This document shows, one piece after another, positions 1 through 8,064 of a DNA stretch of 64,000 bases. Every line of letters starts with the position of its first letter. The stretch's first letter is position 1. Position numbers and translations under genes: made by a program. Under the pieces are notes generated by a model, which ran no database searches, was not told the origin of the DNA, and saw only the letters and a program-made list of their open reading frames with translations. The stretch is from assembly GCA_016176295.1 (NCBI GenBank), contig JACOXN010000009.1:3798-67797 (forward strand), written 5' to 3'. Source of the stretch: Candidatus Giovannonibacteria bacterium (lineage in GTDB: Bacteria > Patescibacteriota > Minisyncoccia > UBA11713 > 2-01-FULL-45-33).

Positions 1-1234
1 TATTTTCCACGACAGCGTCGGGAAGCTGCGAGGCCACAAAACGTTTCCAGATCATGTCGTATAGTTTTAATTCCCTTGCGTCCAGAGCGGTTTTCATGTC
101 CTCCGGTTTCTTGTACACGTCCGTGGGGCGGATCGCTTCGTGGGCCTCCTGGGCGGATTTCGACTTGGTCTTAAAAACTCTGGGGCTTGAAAGCACGTAT
201 TTTTCGCCGAGATTTTCATTTATCCAGACGGAGGCCGCGGAAAGAGCATCAGCCGAAATATTGAGCGAGTCCGTTCGCATGTAGGTAATGAGGCCCTGTT
301 CGTATAGATGTTGGGCCAAAACCATGGTTTGTTTTGCGGAGAATCTCAATCTTTGGAACCCGGCTTGCTGCAAAGTGCTCGTGGTAAAAGGGGAAGGGCC
401 TTTCTTTTTTTGTTCGCTTTTTTCTACGGCCGATATTTTCGCTTCGGCGTTCGAAATATCATCCGCTATTTTTTTTGCTTCCGCTTCATTCTTTATATCG
501 AATTTTTCAAGAGTTTTTTCGCCTATCTTCGCCAATTTCGCTTTAAAAGGTTCCTCCGACGCTTCGGTCGGAGCTCCGACATCTTTTTTTTCAGAAGAAC
601 GTCGGAGTTTTGAAAAATCTCCTTCGATGGTCCAGAACTCTTCTTTTTTGAAAGCTTTTATTTCTTTTTCACGTTCGGCGATGAGGCGCACCGCTACAGA
701 TTGCACGCGCCCGGCCGAAAGCCCCCCGGCCACTTTTTTCCAGAGGAACGGCGAAAGTTTGTAGCCCACGAGCCGGTCCAGAATTCTCCGCGCCTGCTGG
801 GCGTCCACAAGATGGCCGTCTATACTGCGCGGATTTTCCAAGGCTTTTTTTATGGCCTTTTCCGTTATTTCATGGAAGACTATGCGTTTTAATTGGTCTT
901 TCTTTTCCTCAAGTCCGAGAGCGTAAATAAGATGCCAGGCGATGGCTTCTCCTTCGCGGTCTTCATCAGTCGCCAGTATCACGTCGGCCGCGCTCTGGGC
1001 TTTTTTCTTAAGAGCGGTAACGTTCTTCCGCGCTTTCAAAGGTATGATATATTGCGGTTCGAAATTCTTTTCCACGTCCACGCCCAGCTTGGATTTCGGA
1101 AGGTCGCGGATATGCCCGAAACTGGATTCAATGACAAAATCGCCCCCCAAAAATTTCGATATTGTCCGCGCTTTGGTGGGGGACTCAACTATTACCAGTT
1201 TGGTCTTCGACAGTATTTTTTTACGCTCTGACAT
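1..1234 (-). CDS. topA: DNA topoisomerase I, N-terminal part (gene runs off the left edge)
   Basis: My own minus-strand translation from ATG 1234 gives MSERKKILSKTKLVIVESPTKARTISKFLGGDFVIESSFGHIRDLPKSKLGVDVE, a TopA Toprim N-terminus. There is no stop before position 1, so it is absent from the ORF track. The plus-strand ORFs here are low-complexity antisense artefacts. dprA-topA synteny supports the call. Confidence 0.85.
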   Translation of the reverse strand, partial: MSERKKILSKTKLVIVESPTKARTISKFLGGDFVIESSFGHIRDLPKSKLGVDVEKNFEPQYIIPLKARKNVTALKKKAQSAADVILATDEDREGEAIAWHLIYALGLEEKKDQLKRIVFHEITEKAIKKALENPRSIDGHLVDAQQARRILDRLVGYKLSPFLWKKVAGGLSAGRVQSVAVRLIAEREKEIKAFKKEEFWTIEGDFSKLRRSSEKKDVGAPTEASEEPFKAKLAKIGEKTLEKFDIKNEAEAKKIADDISNAEAKISAVEKSEQKKKGPSPFTTSTLQQAGFQRLRFSAKQTMVLAQHLYEQGLITYMRTDSLNISADALSAASVWINENLGEKYVLSSPRVFKTKSKSAQEAHEAIRPTDVYKKPEDMKTALDARELKLYDMIWKRFVASQLPDAVVEN

Positions 1235-2078
1235 ATTCAGAACCTATTTTTTTAATAATACCACGGATTTCCATAAGGCCCACCATGGCTTGGATGTCTG
1301 AGGGTTTCATTTTGCTTTTTCTGATGATGGAATCCATGTCCGTCGGTTCGGTCAAATATTCAAAAATTTGTTTTTCCGGCGCGGAAAGTTCCGGTTCAAT
1401 TCCGGGCTCCGACATTGTTTCTAGGCCGTAGGCTTTCAGAACGTCCTCGGCGCTTTCCACGAGCGCAGCGCCCGATTTTATGAGAAAATTGGTGCCTGCT
1501 GCATTTGGTGAGAACGGGGAACCGGGAACGGCCAGAACGTCTCTATTTTGGTCTAGGGCGAATCTTGCAGTTATGAGTGAACCGCTTTTTTTTGGGGCTT
1601 CGACTACCAGCGTGGCCGGGGAGAGTCCGGAGATTATGCGGTTCCTTTGGGGAAAACTCCAGAGCGTCGCCTGAAAATTATTTTCGTATTCGGAAATTAC
1701 TGCGCCTCCGCGGGAGGCTATTTCTTCCGCCAATTTTAAATTATTCTGCGGGTAAAGCACCTTCTCGCCGAGGCCGGAACCCAGCACCGCAACGGTCGGC
1801 ATTTTATTTTCCAAACTTGCTCTGTGCGCGACGGTGTCGATGCCGAGAGCCAGGCCGCTTACTATAGTAAAGTTGTAAGGAACCAAACCCGCGATTATTT
1901 TTCTTAAAATCTCTTCACCGTATGCGGAGTTTTTTCTTGTGCCGACCACGGAGAGATAATATTTCGTTTTGGGAAATTTTCCCCAAATCGAAATTTTTTT
2001 GGGTACGTGCGGTATTTCCCGCAGCAAAGCCGGGAAATCCTTGTCTTCGGGGATTAATTCCTTTATCTCGCGAACCAT
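1221..2078 (-). CDS. dprA: DNA processing protein DprA/Smf
   Basis: ORF 1221..2135 carries VVGTRKNSAYGEEI, IVSGLALGIDTVAHRASL and LAVPGSPFSPNAAGTN. I moved the start to ATG 2078 (MVREIK), which is preceded by TTGTCA-N18-TATATA-N6. It overlaps the topA start by 14 nt. Confidence 0.85.
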   Translation of the reverse strand: MVREIKELIPEDKDFPALLREIPHVPKKISIWGKFPKTKYYLSVVGTRKNSAYGEEILRKIIAGLVPYNFTIVSGLALGIDTVAHRASLENKMPTVAVLGSGLGEKVLYPQNNLKLAEEIASRGGAVISEYENNFQATLWSFPQRNRIISGLSPATLVVEAPKKSGSLITARFALDQNRDVLAVPGSPFSPNAAGTNFLIKSGAALVESAEDVLKAYGLETMSEPGIEPELSAPEKQIFEYLTEPTDMDSIIRKSKMKPSDIQAMVGLMEIRGIIKKIGSEYVRA

Positions 2079-2084
2079 GAGGCA

Positions 2085-2114
2085 TATATAAGCACATACG
2101 CGCTGACTTGACAA
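2085..2114 (-). promoter_or_regulatory. sigma70-type promoter of dprA (TTGTCA-N18-TATATA), with the -10 box 6 nt from the ATG
   Basis: The minus strand reads TTGTCA agtcagcgcgtatgtgct TATATA tgcctc ATG. Confidence 0.5.
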
Positions 2115-2179
2115 GTTTTTATAAAAAGGTATCATTTTACCGGGTTTAGTTTACATAAAAAGGAAGGAGAATTTGGTCT

Positions 2180-2392
2180 ATGGCGTATCAAGCTACAGTG
2201 GTTGCTTTCCCGTGCGGAGCGGAAGTGGAGGTGGTTATTCCGGAGGCTAACAGGAAATACAGTCCTCCGGAGATGGAGTTGGAGGGTAAGAAGGCAGTGG
2301 TGCTTTCAAAACCTTATTCTAACCGCACAGTGGACATTTCGATCGAGGGCAAGCAACATAACGTGCCCGCCGCATATTTGCGGCGGAAATGA
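2180..2392 (+). CDS. small hypothetical protein (70 aa)
   Basis: ORF with a GGAAGGAGA Shine-Dalgarno-like site about 8 nt upstream. I recognise no family. Confidence 0.45.
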   Translation: MAYQATVVAFPCGAEVEVVIPEANRKYSPPEMELEGKKAVVLSKPYSNRTVDISIEGKQHNVPAAYLRRK

Positions 2393-2581
2393 GGAGAACA
2401 GCAATGAGTTCCGCCAGCCCGAAAGCCCTCGTCAGGACGACGAGAATAAAAACGGCGGTCGCTCACGGCCGAGCAAGATGTTTCCGATTGGGGCAACTCA
2501 CGGAGGGTCACGCGCCGAGTACGAATACCGTAACCGACGTGCGTAGGTCTTTTCTTCTTTTTCATTTACCAGCGAACAAAA

Positions 2582-2604
2582 AGAGCGCAAAGCGCTCTTT
2601 TTTT
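2582..2604. terminator. intrinsic terminator hairpin with bidirectional geometry
   Basis: AGAGCGC-AAA-GCGCTCT stem-loop flanked by an A-run upstream and a T-run downstream. Confidence 0.6.
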
Positions 2605-2630
2605 CTTTTGTTTTATGTCTTAAACGAGTT

Positions 2631-2655
2631 AGAGGGTGGTCGATGACCACCCTCT
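2631..2655. terminator. strong hairpin downstream of the minus-strand CSD gene
   Basis: Perfect 11-bp stem AGAGGGTGGTC/GACCACCCTCT with a 3-nt loop, about 20 nt beyond the stop at 2674. Confidence 0.45.
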
Positions 2656-2673
2656 TAACTTTTGTTGCTAGGC

Positions 2674-3624
2674 TCATGAATTGCCGGGTAGCTTCAGCTT
2701 CGTGCCGAAGGCTGCGTCAACGAAACTTTTGGTGTTTCCGTGGGTCGGCGATGCTTTTTGCAGTACCTCTGATCGTCGCTTTTTCGGGGGACAAATCGCA
2801 CGGGCGATTGCTGGCCCGAATTTTCGGAATGACGCTTTGCGGTTCTCTGCGAAATCCGGGTATTCCTGGATAATCTGCTCTTCGAGCTGGCGAGCCAGGT
2901 CGCGGTCGTCCGCGTACTCGGACGGGATTTCCAGGGTTTGCTGGAACGGCGTTTCCACGACGACCCAGCACCCGAGGTCGCGCCTGTCGACCATTGAGGT
3001 CGAGTCTTGCAACCGGATGCTGACTTTCTTCGCAGATACGCTGACATAGTTTCCGTCTTCCGATTTTTTCATGACGAGGACGAATCCTCCCCGTGGAAAG
3101 TCGTAAACCCACTCGCCGTGAGTCAACGCGCCGCCGTTGAAGTCTGTCGGCAGGAGAGTTACTCCTTCCGACTGTTTCTCCGGAAGTTCAACCGCGATGC
3201 GGGTGGACTTGCGGATGGAGGCGGGATGGCCGAAGTAAAGTGCGCGGACTCCGGAATCTGACTTGTAATCACGCGGATCCGCTTCGTTCTCTCTTTCAGG
3301 GAGAAAGATGCGACCGTCGGTGTAGACGCGGATGTCCACAACCTCAAGTGGGAGATTCCTATTTGATGTCCTTTCTGCCGCCAATTCCGGTAACCGCATC
3401 CGTTCACGAACTGGCTTCACTTTCTTCGCTTCCGGAAGATTCAATCTTCCGGATTGCGTAATGGGTATCGGAATGAATTCTACCTCTTCGCCCTCGTCGA
3501 GCGTATGGAAACCGGAGCCATGCGTAGCTACTTGCGAGAAATGCACGTGATATTCCGTTTTATTTTCACCAACGATCCTGCCATAGGCTTTGCCATTGTT
3601 GAACCATCTGACTTTACCTTTCAT
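2674..3624 (-). CDS. cold-shock domain (CSD) protein fused to a ~250-aa C-terminal region of unknown family
   Basis: MKGKVRWFNNGKAYGRIVGENKTEYHVHFSQV...GFHTLDEGEEVEF matches a CspA-like OB fold. AGGAGG lies 5 nt before ATG 3624. I do not recognise the rest of the 316-aa protein. Confidence 0.75.
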   Translation of the reverse strand: MKGKVRWFNNGKAYGRIVGENKTEYHVHFSQVATHGSGFHTLDEGEEVEFIPIPITQSGRLNLPEAKKVKPVRERMRLPELAAERTSNRNLPLEVVDIRVYTDGRIFLPERENEADPRDYKSDSGVRALYFGHPASIRKSTRIAVELPEKQSEGVTLLPTDFNGGALTHGEWVYDFPRGGFVLVMKKSEDGNYVSVSAKKVSIRLQDSTSMVDRRDLGCWVVVETPFQQTLEIPSEYADDRDLARQLEEQIIQEYPDFAENRKASFRKFGPAIARAICPPKKRRSEVLQKASPTHGNTKSFVDAAFGTKLKLPGNS

Positions 3625-3712
3625 AGAACCTCCTGTGCCTTTGTTTGACCGCACCTTTCGGCTAAAAAGGGTGCGGTGAGCCTATATTTCGGAGAACAAT
3701 CTAACTGGACTG

Positions 3713-3741
3713 ATTATATACCCAAAAGCTAAATTTGTCAA
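3713..3741 (-). promoter_or_regulatory. consensus sigma70-type promoter for the CSD-fusion gene
   Basis: The minus strand reads TTGACA-N17-TATAAT (both hexamers perfect). The predicted 5' UTR is ~80 nt and contains a GC-rich hairpin at 3648-3677. Confidence 0.65.
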
Positions 3742-3769
3742 CTTTTTTGCCTTTAATTTTGCGATGCTG

Positions 3770-3797
3770 TTGACAAGAAGAAAAAAGTGAGTATAAT
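3770..3797 (+). promoter_or_regulatory. consensus sigma70-type promoter for the 3978..4877 gene, divergent from the previous one
   Basis: TTGACA (3770-3775)-N16-TATAAT (3792-3797). The two -35 boxes form an inverted repeat TTGTCAAC...GTTGACAA. Confidence 0.65.
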
Positions 3798-3977
3798 GTG
3801 AAACAGGAAAGTTTGAAATTTTAGGCTCGAATCCAGCTAAGCTGGATTACGAAAGGAGGTAAAAAGAGCCTAGTTATCTGTGGAGCAGGCAGAAGCGTCC
3901 CGCATGAATGCGCAGGCATACGCGGGATACCGGATTGTTTTCCGTAAAATTTGGCCGAGGGGCCAAGGAGGTTTCCC

Positions 3978-4877
3978 GTGAAGAACGAAACAAAGGTTGG
4001 AAGTTTTTCCGATTTGAATGGTAAAGTGTTCGTGGTGGACCCTAGGGATGGGGCAGAGAAAGCGGCCGAAAAAATCGTGAGTGCGGCGATGCCCGCGGAG
4101 ATGAGGAACCCAACCCTCTCGGAGGCGTTGGGGCTTGATGTTGAGACGTTAGTGGCGGAGAACGAGGCGGATGTGGAGCTTCTGGTGGCTGAGATTGATA
4201 TGCTGTCCGATGCGCCGGAAAAACTGCGACGGTACGAGTCTCTCCTTGCCGAGACTGTTTCGGCAAATAAGAAAAAAGGCATCACGATTGACACCGACGC
4301 GACCACACGGCTCAAAAATGCGATCAGCACCCTTAAGGGCGCCGACAAGCTGGTGAGCAAAGACGCGGTGTCACTGGCGGGTTTTCGAAAGACCCACGGT
4401 GAGGTAGAGGCCATGGCCCGGAGGAGTGCGGAGCTTCTCCGACACGCTAAAGCTGGGGAGGAAGTGAAAGAGTCGGAAGTGGACAGTTTGATTGATGATT
4501 ATCGGGATCACTTCCACGAGCTGTATAACAGGCATCTCATTGCCGAGGTGCCTTATAAGCAGTTGGAATTGTGGAGAAACTCCCGGAAATCATTTTCGGA
4601 CTTCGCGTTTTCTGCGAAGGACAAAAAGGGCAACCGCGTATGGTGCTGGGGCAAGTTGGGCGATGAACAGTCGATGACTATTGCAAAGTCCATGAAAGGA
4701 CTTTACATTGCCATGGACCGCTTGGTTCGGTTTCTGGACAACCAGAAGACGAACGCGCAGCATATCGCTCAGTCGCTGTCAAAAGCCCAGCCTACCGCTC
4801 CTTCGTCAAAGCCTGTGTCGCCCGAGACGCCGCCCTACGAAATACCACCTTTTGATTCTTCGAGCCTGCCAAGCTAA
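3978..4877 (+). CDS. hypothetical protein, predicted helical/coiled with a Pro-rich C-terminus
   Basis: ORF 3951..4877. I prefer GTG 3978 as the start because AGGAGG lies 6 nt upstream. I recognise no family. Confidence 0.55.
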   Translation: MKNETKVGSFSDLNGKVFVVDPRDGAEKAAEKIVSAAMPAEMRNPTLSEALGLDVETLVAENEADVELLVAEIDMLSDAPEKLRRYESLLAETVSANKKKGITIDTDATTRLKNAISTLKGADKLVSKDAVSLAGFRKTHGEVEAMARRSAELLRHAKAGEEVKESEVDSLIDDYRDHFHELYNRHLIAEVPYKQLELWRNSRKSFSDFAFSAKDKKGNRVWCWGKLGDEQSMTIAKSMKGLYIAMDRLVRFLDNQKTNAQHIAQSLSKAQPTAPSSKPVSPETPPYEIPPFDSSSLPS

Positions 4878-4903
4878 TACGAAAGCCCTTGCGCTTTCTT
4901 CAA

Positions 4904-4932
4904 CCCCATGCAATCCATGCATGGGGTTTGAC
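4904..4932 (+). terminator. intrinsic terminator
   Basis: CCCCATGCA-ATCCA-TGCATGGGG 9-bp stem followed by TTTGACTTTTT. Confidence 0.6.
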
Positions 4933-4993
4933 TTTTTATTTAAACATGTTATAATCATGAAAAGCCTTAAATTTAGGCATATTTTATACTTAC

Positions 4994-5971
4994 ATGGCAG
5001 ACATTAAAGCAATCATTTTACCTACGAGGCCGCAGCCGGATACTTTGGTTACTATTTTTATTTTGAAAAGATTCGGCAAGGAACATCTCCCGGGAGTGGA
5101 AAACGCGCCGCTGGAGATTTGGCAGACATTGCCCGCGGGGAAATCCGCGCAGGATTTGGAAGCGGAAGGCTACATTTTGATAGATTTGGGCGGAGGAAAA
5201 TTCGACCATCATGATCAACGCGGAAAGACCACGGCTTCGCAGCTCGTGTGCGATTTTTTGGGGATATCCGAAGACCCGAGCCTGGCGAAACTTTTGGAGT
5301 ACGCGAGACGCGACGATTTTTTCGGCAAGGGAACAGTATCGGAAGACGCGCTCGACCGTACCTTCGGACTTTCAGGGTTGGTGGCCGCATTGAATAAAAG
5401 TTTGCCGAAAAATCCGCAGCGCATCGCGGACCTCATCATGCCGATATTAGCCGCCCATCACAACGAGGAATTGCGCCGAACCGTGGAACTGCCGGAGGAA
5501 TTTCAGGACAAAACCGCAAAGGGCCTCGTAAATATTACTGAAGCGAAGCAGCGCGGGAAAAAATTGAAGGTTGTTTTTATAGATTCAGATAATCCGAGCA
5601 TGGCGGGATTTTTGCGTTCGCAAAACGGCGGAAAATTCGACGTGGTGGCCCAGCGGTCACAGACCGGGCACGTGAACGTGCTGACGCGTGCCGCGAAGCA
5701 CATAGACCTCCGGTCGCTTGCGATAGTCATTCGGCTTGAAGAAATTTCCGTCCGCGGACGCGATGTTGAAATAAACGCGTCGGAACTTTCGCGCACCGGA
5801 AGATTGCGCGAGGCGCCGGAATGGTACTACGACCGCGCCACGAATTCCATACAAAACGGCGGCGTGAACCCCAAAGAGATTGAGCCCACCGCCATTTCCT
5901 GGGAAAAAATGCCCCAGCTTTTCGAGGTCGGCCTTTCCGAGCAGATCTGGAACCCACTTGCCACGGAATAA
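4994..5971 (+). CDS. hypothetical protein; the GGGKFDHHD motif is reminiscent of MYG1/UPF0160 (DHH-like) metal-dependent hydrolases
   Basis: 325-aa ORF. LIDLGGGKFDHHDQ resembles the MYG1 DVGG..D...DHHQ signature, but the N-terminal His motif is not evident. Confidence 0.5.
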   Translation: MADIKAIILPTRPQPDTLVTIFILKRFGKEHLPGVENAPLEIWQTLPAGKSAQDLEAEGYILIDLGGGKFDHHDQRGKTTASQLVCDFLGISEDPSLAKLLEYARRDDFFGKGTVSEDALDRTFGLSGLVAALNKSLPKNPQRIADLIMPILAAHHNEELRRTVELPEEFQDKTAKGLVNITEAKQRGKKLKVVFIDSDNPSMAGFLRSQNGGKFDVVAQRSQTGHVNVLTRAAKHIDLRSLAIVIRLEEISVRGRDVEINASELSRTGRLREAPEWYYDRATNSIQNGGVNPKEIEPTAISWEKMPQLFEVGLSEQIWNPLATE

Positions 5972-5994
5972 AATTTGTTTTAGGATACACTATT

Positions 5995-6240
5995 ATGACC
6001 ATTCGAATGCGCCACACGCCATCTCACACCGGAAACAGAAGGTCCCACCATGCCCTTCTGATCAACGGAACCCAAAAATGCACCAAATGCGGAGTGGTTG
6101 TTTTGCCCCATACTACCTGTGAAAATTGCGGATTTTACAAAGGAAAAGAAGTAATAAATGTTCTGGCTAAACTGAGCAAAAAAGAAAAGAAGATCAAAGA
6201 AAAAGAATTAAAAGAACAGGAACAGGGAAAAACAACTTAA
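5995..6240 (+). CDS. rpmF: 50S ribosomal protein L32 with a Lys/Glu-rich tail
   Basis: HTPSHTGNRRSHHAL...CTKCG...CENCGFYKGKEV has the basic N-terminus and CxxC...CxxC zinc ribbon of bL32. Confidence 0.85.
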   Translation: MTIRMRHTPSHTGNRRSHHALLINGTQKCTKCGVVVLPHTTCENCGFYKGKEVINVLAKLSKKEKKIKEKELKEQEQGKTT

Positions 6241-6297
6241 ATTTAAAAACGTTCGCTGAAGTTTGAAAAAAGTAAATTGAAAATTATTTCTTAAACT

Positions 6298-7200
6298 ATG
6301 GCCAACCGGCACCTTTCAAGATCAATAGCGATGCAGTCCCTCTTTGAATGGGATTTCTATCATGTTAAAGGCGAGGAGAAAGACCTGCACGTTATTCTTG
6401 AACGCAACGTTGAAGAGTTTGCTCCCGGCCTTGAGGACGGCGCGTTCGCGGAAAAATTGGGCAGAGGTTATCTGGACCACAGTGAAGAAATAGACGACAT
6501 CATAACAAAAGCCGCTCCGGAGTGGCCTATTTTGCAGATAGCCCCGGTGGATAGGAATGTTCTCCGCATCGGACTTTTCGAGCTTCTTTTCGGCGAAAGG
6601 AAAGAAGTCCCTCCGAAAGTCGCCATCAACGAAGCCATCGAGCTTGCAAAATCGTTCGGCGGGGACTCATCCGGAAGATTCGTAAATGGCGTTCTGGGAA
6701 CCGTTTACCGCGAATTGGGCGAGCCGGGAAAGGATGACACGGGAAAGAAAAGATATGAGCTCGACCTCGATAAGCTTCCCAAGGAAGAGCTGGGAGGAGC
6801 CGTGGTTTTTAGGCGGGACGGGAAAAAAATAATGTTTGCTCTGGTGCACGACGTTTTCGGTCGCTGGACTTTTTCCAAGGGCCATCTTGAAATCGGCGAG
6901 GATATTGCAACCGGAACGATGAGGGAAATACGCGAAGAATTGGGAGTGGTGGACCTTGAATTGGTAAAACAAATAGGAGATAACGAATACATTGCATTGG
7001 ACCCGGAAACAGGCCCCACGAGGAGGCATGTCAGTTATTTTTTGGCAGAGACGAAAGACAGGGAGCTGAAACTGGAGAGCTCCGGCGGGCTCGACGACGC
7101 GCAATGGTTCACTTTGGATGATGTCCGCGAGCTTAAAATGTACGATGACATCAAGCCGATATTGGATAGGGCCGTTGAAGAATTAAAAATTAAAGGATAA
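6298..7200 (+). CDS. nusB: transcription antitermination factor NusB fused to a C-terminal Nudix hydrolase domain
   Basis: N-terminal: SRSIAMQSLFEWDF...VDRNVLRIGLFELLF...PPKVAINEAIELAKSFGGDSSGRFVNGVLG. C-terminal: a perfect Nudix box GHLEIGEDIATGTMREIREELGV at nt 6880-6948. Confidence 0.85.
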   Translation: MANRHLSRSIAMQSLFEWDFYHVKGEEKDLHVILERNVEEFAPGLEDGAFAEKLGRGYLDHSEEIDDIITKAAPEWPILQIAPVDRNVLRIGLFELLFGERKEVPPKVAINEAIELAKSFGGDSSGRFVNGVLGTVYRELGEPGKDDTGKKRYELDLDKLPKEELGGAVVFRRDGKKIMFALVHDVFGRWTFSKGHLEIGEDIATGTMREIREELGVVDLELVKQIGDNEYIALDPETGPTRRHVSYFLAETKDRELKLESSGGLDDAQWFTLDDVRELKMYDDIKPILDRAVEELKIKG

Positions 7201-7319
7201 TTTCAGCATCGCCACAAAAATTTTTTCAGCGCCGACGCCCGATTTTTAGGCCGTACCGGCCAAATTGATGGGCATTGGCTACAGGCCGAAAAAATTTTTA
7301 TGTCGAAGCTTCAAATAAT

Positions 7320-8012
7320 ATGTTCGACATCACAGGACTTGAAAAAAAGCTTAGCGTGTCTTTCAAAGATAAGCAGCTTTTGACGGCCGCTCTTACGCAC
7401 CGCTCCTACATCAATGAAAATCCGGCTACGAGCACCGGACACAACGAGCGGATGGAATTTTTGGGCGACGCCGTGCTGGAACTTGCCATAACGGAATATA
7501 TTTATGAAAAATTTCCCGAAAAACCCGAAGGCGAGCTGACCAGCCTCCGCGCTTCGCTGGTCAATGCCAACATGTTGGGTGACATCGCCAATGATCTCGG
7601 AGTGAACAGTTTTTTGCTACTGTCGCGCGGCGAGGCTAAAGATGTCGGCCGCGCGCGTCTTTATATTTTGGCGAACGCCATGGAAGCCATAATCGGCGCG
7701 ATGTATCTCGACCGCGGTTACGAAACGACCAAAGATTTCATCATTCGGATACTCGCCCCTAAAATCGGCCCGATACTTGAAAAAAAACTTTACCGCGACG
7801 CCAAAAGTCTCTTCCAGGAAGAAGCCCAGGATAAGGTCGGCATCACGCCTACATATGAAGTATCCAAAGAATGGGGGCCTGACCACGACAAACATTTTGT
7901 TATCGGTGTCTATTTGAACGGTGATCTGATAGCCGAGGGCGAAGGTCCTTCGAAACAGAGCGCGCAGCAGCAAGCCGCCGAAGCGGCTTTGAAAGCCAAA
8001 GGCTGGGGCTAA
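7320..8012 (+). CDS. rnc: ribonuclease III
   Basis: ALTHRSY...NERMEFLGDAVLELAITEYIY signature followed by a C-terminal dsRBD. I set the start at ATG 7320 (MFDITGLEKKL). Confidence 0.9.
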   Translation: MFDITGLEKKLSVSFKDKQLLTAALTHRSYINENPATSTGHNERMEFLGDAVLELAITEYIYEKFPEKPEGELTSLRASLVNANMLGDIANDLGVNSFLLLSRGEAKDVGRARLYILANAMEAIIGAMYLDRGYETTKDFIIRILAPKIGPILEKKLYRDAKSLFQEEAQDKVGITPTYEVSKEWGPDHDKHFVIGVYLNGDLIAEGEGPSKQSAQQQAAEAALKAKGWG

Positions 8013-8041
8013 TAAAAGATAAATTTTTTTCTTTTATAAAA

Positions 8042-8064
8042 AACCGCTGAAGTTTTCAGCGGTT
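8042..8064. terminator. hairpin terminator shared by the convergent rnc and 8056..9138 genes
   Basis: AACCGCTGAA-GTT-TTCAGCGGTT 10-bp stem. A T-run follows it on the minus strand and an A-run precedes it on the plus strand. Confidence 0.6.

Noticed and set aside
54-1431. Six overlapping plus-strand ORFs (76-158 aa) at the left edge.
   Set aside because: They are low-complexity, Phe/Ser/Arg-rich translations antisense to a clean topA reading frame on the minus strand. topA is missing from the track only because it has no stop inside the window.
2411-2444. A hammerhead-like CUGACGAG on the minus strand of the GC-rich non-coding region.
   Set aside because: No adjacent stem II followed by GAAAC exists, and no consistent three-stem junction could be drawn. 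I treat it as chance.
3823-3871. A tRNA-like T-arm sequence (GGCTCGAATCCAGC).
   Set aside because: There is no acceptor stem, D-arm or anticodon arm around it. It is better explained as a leader hairpin.
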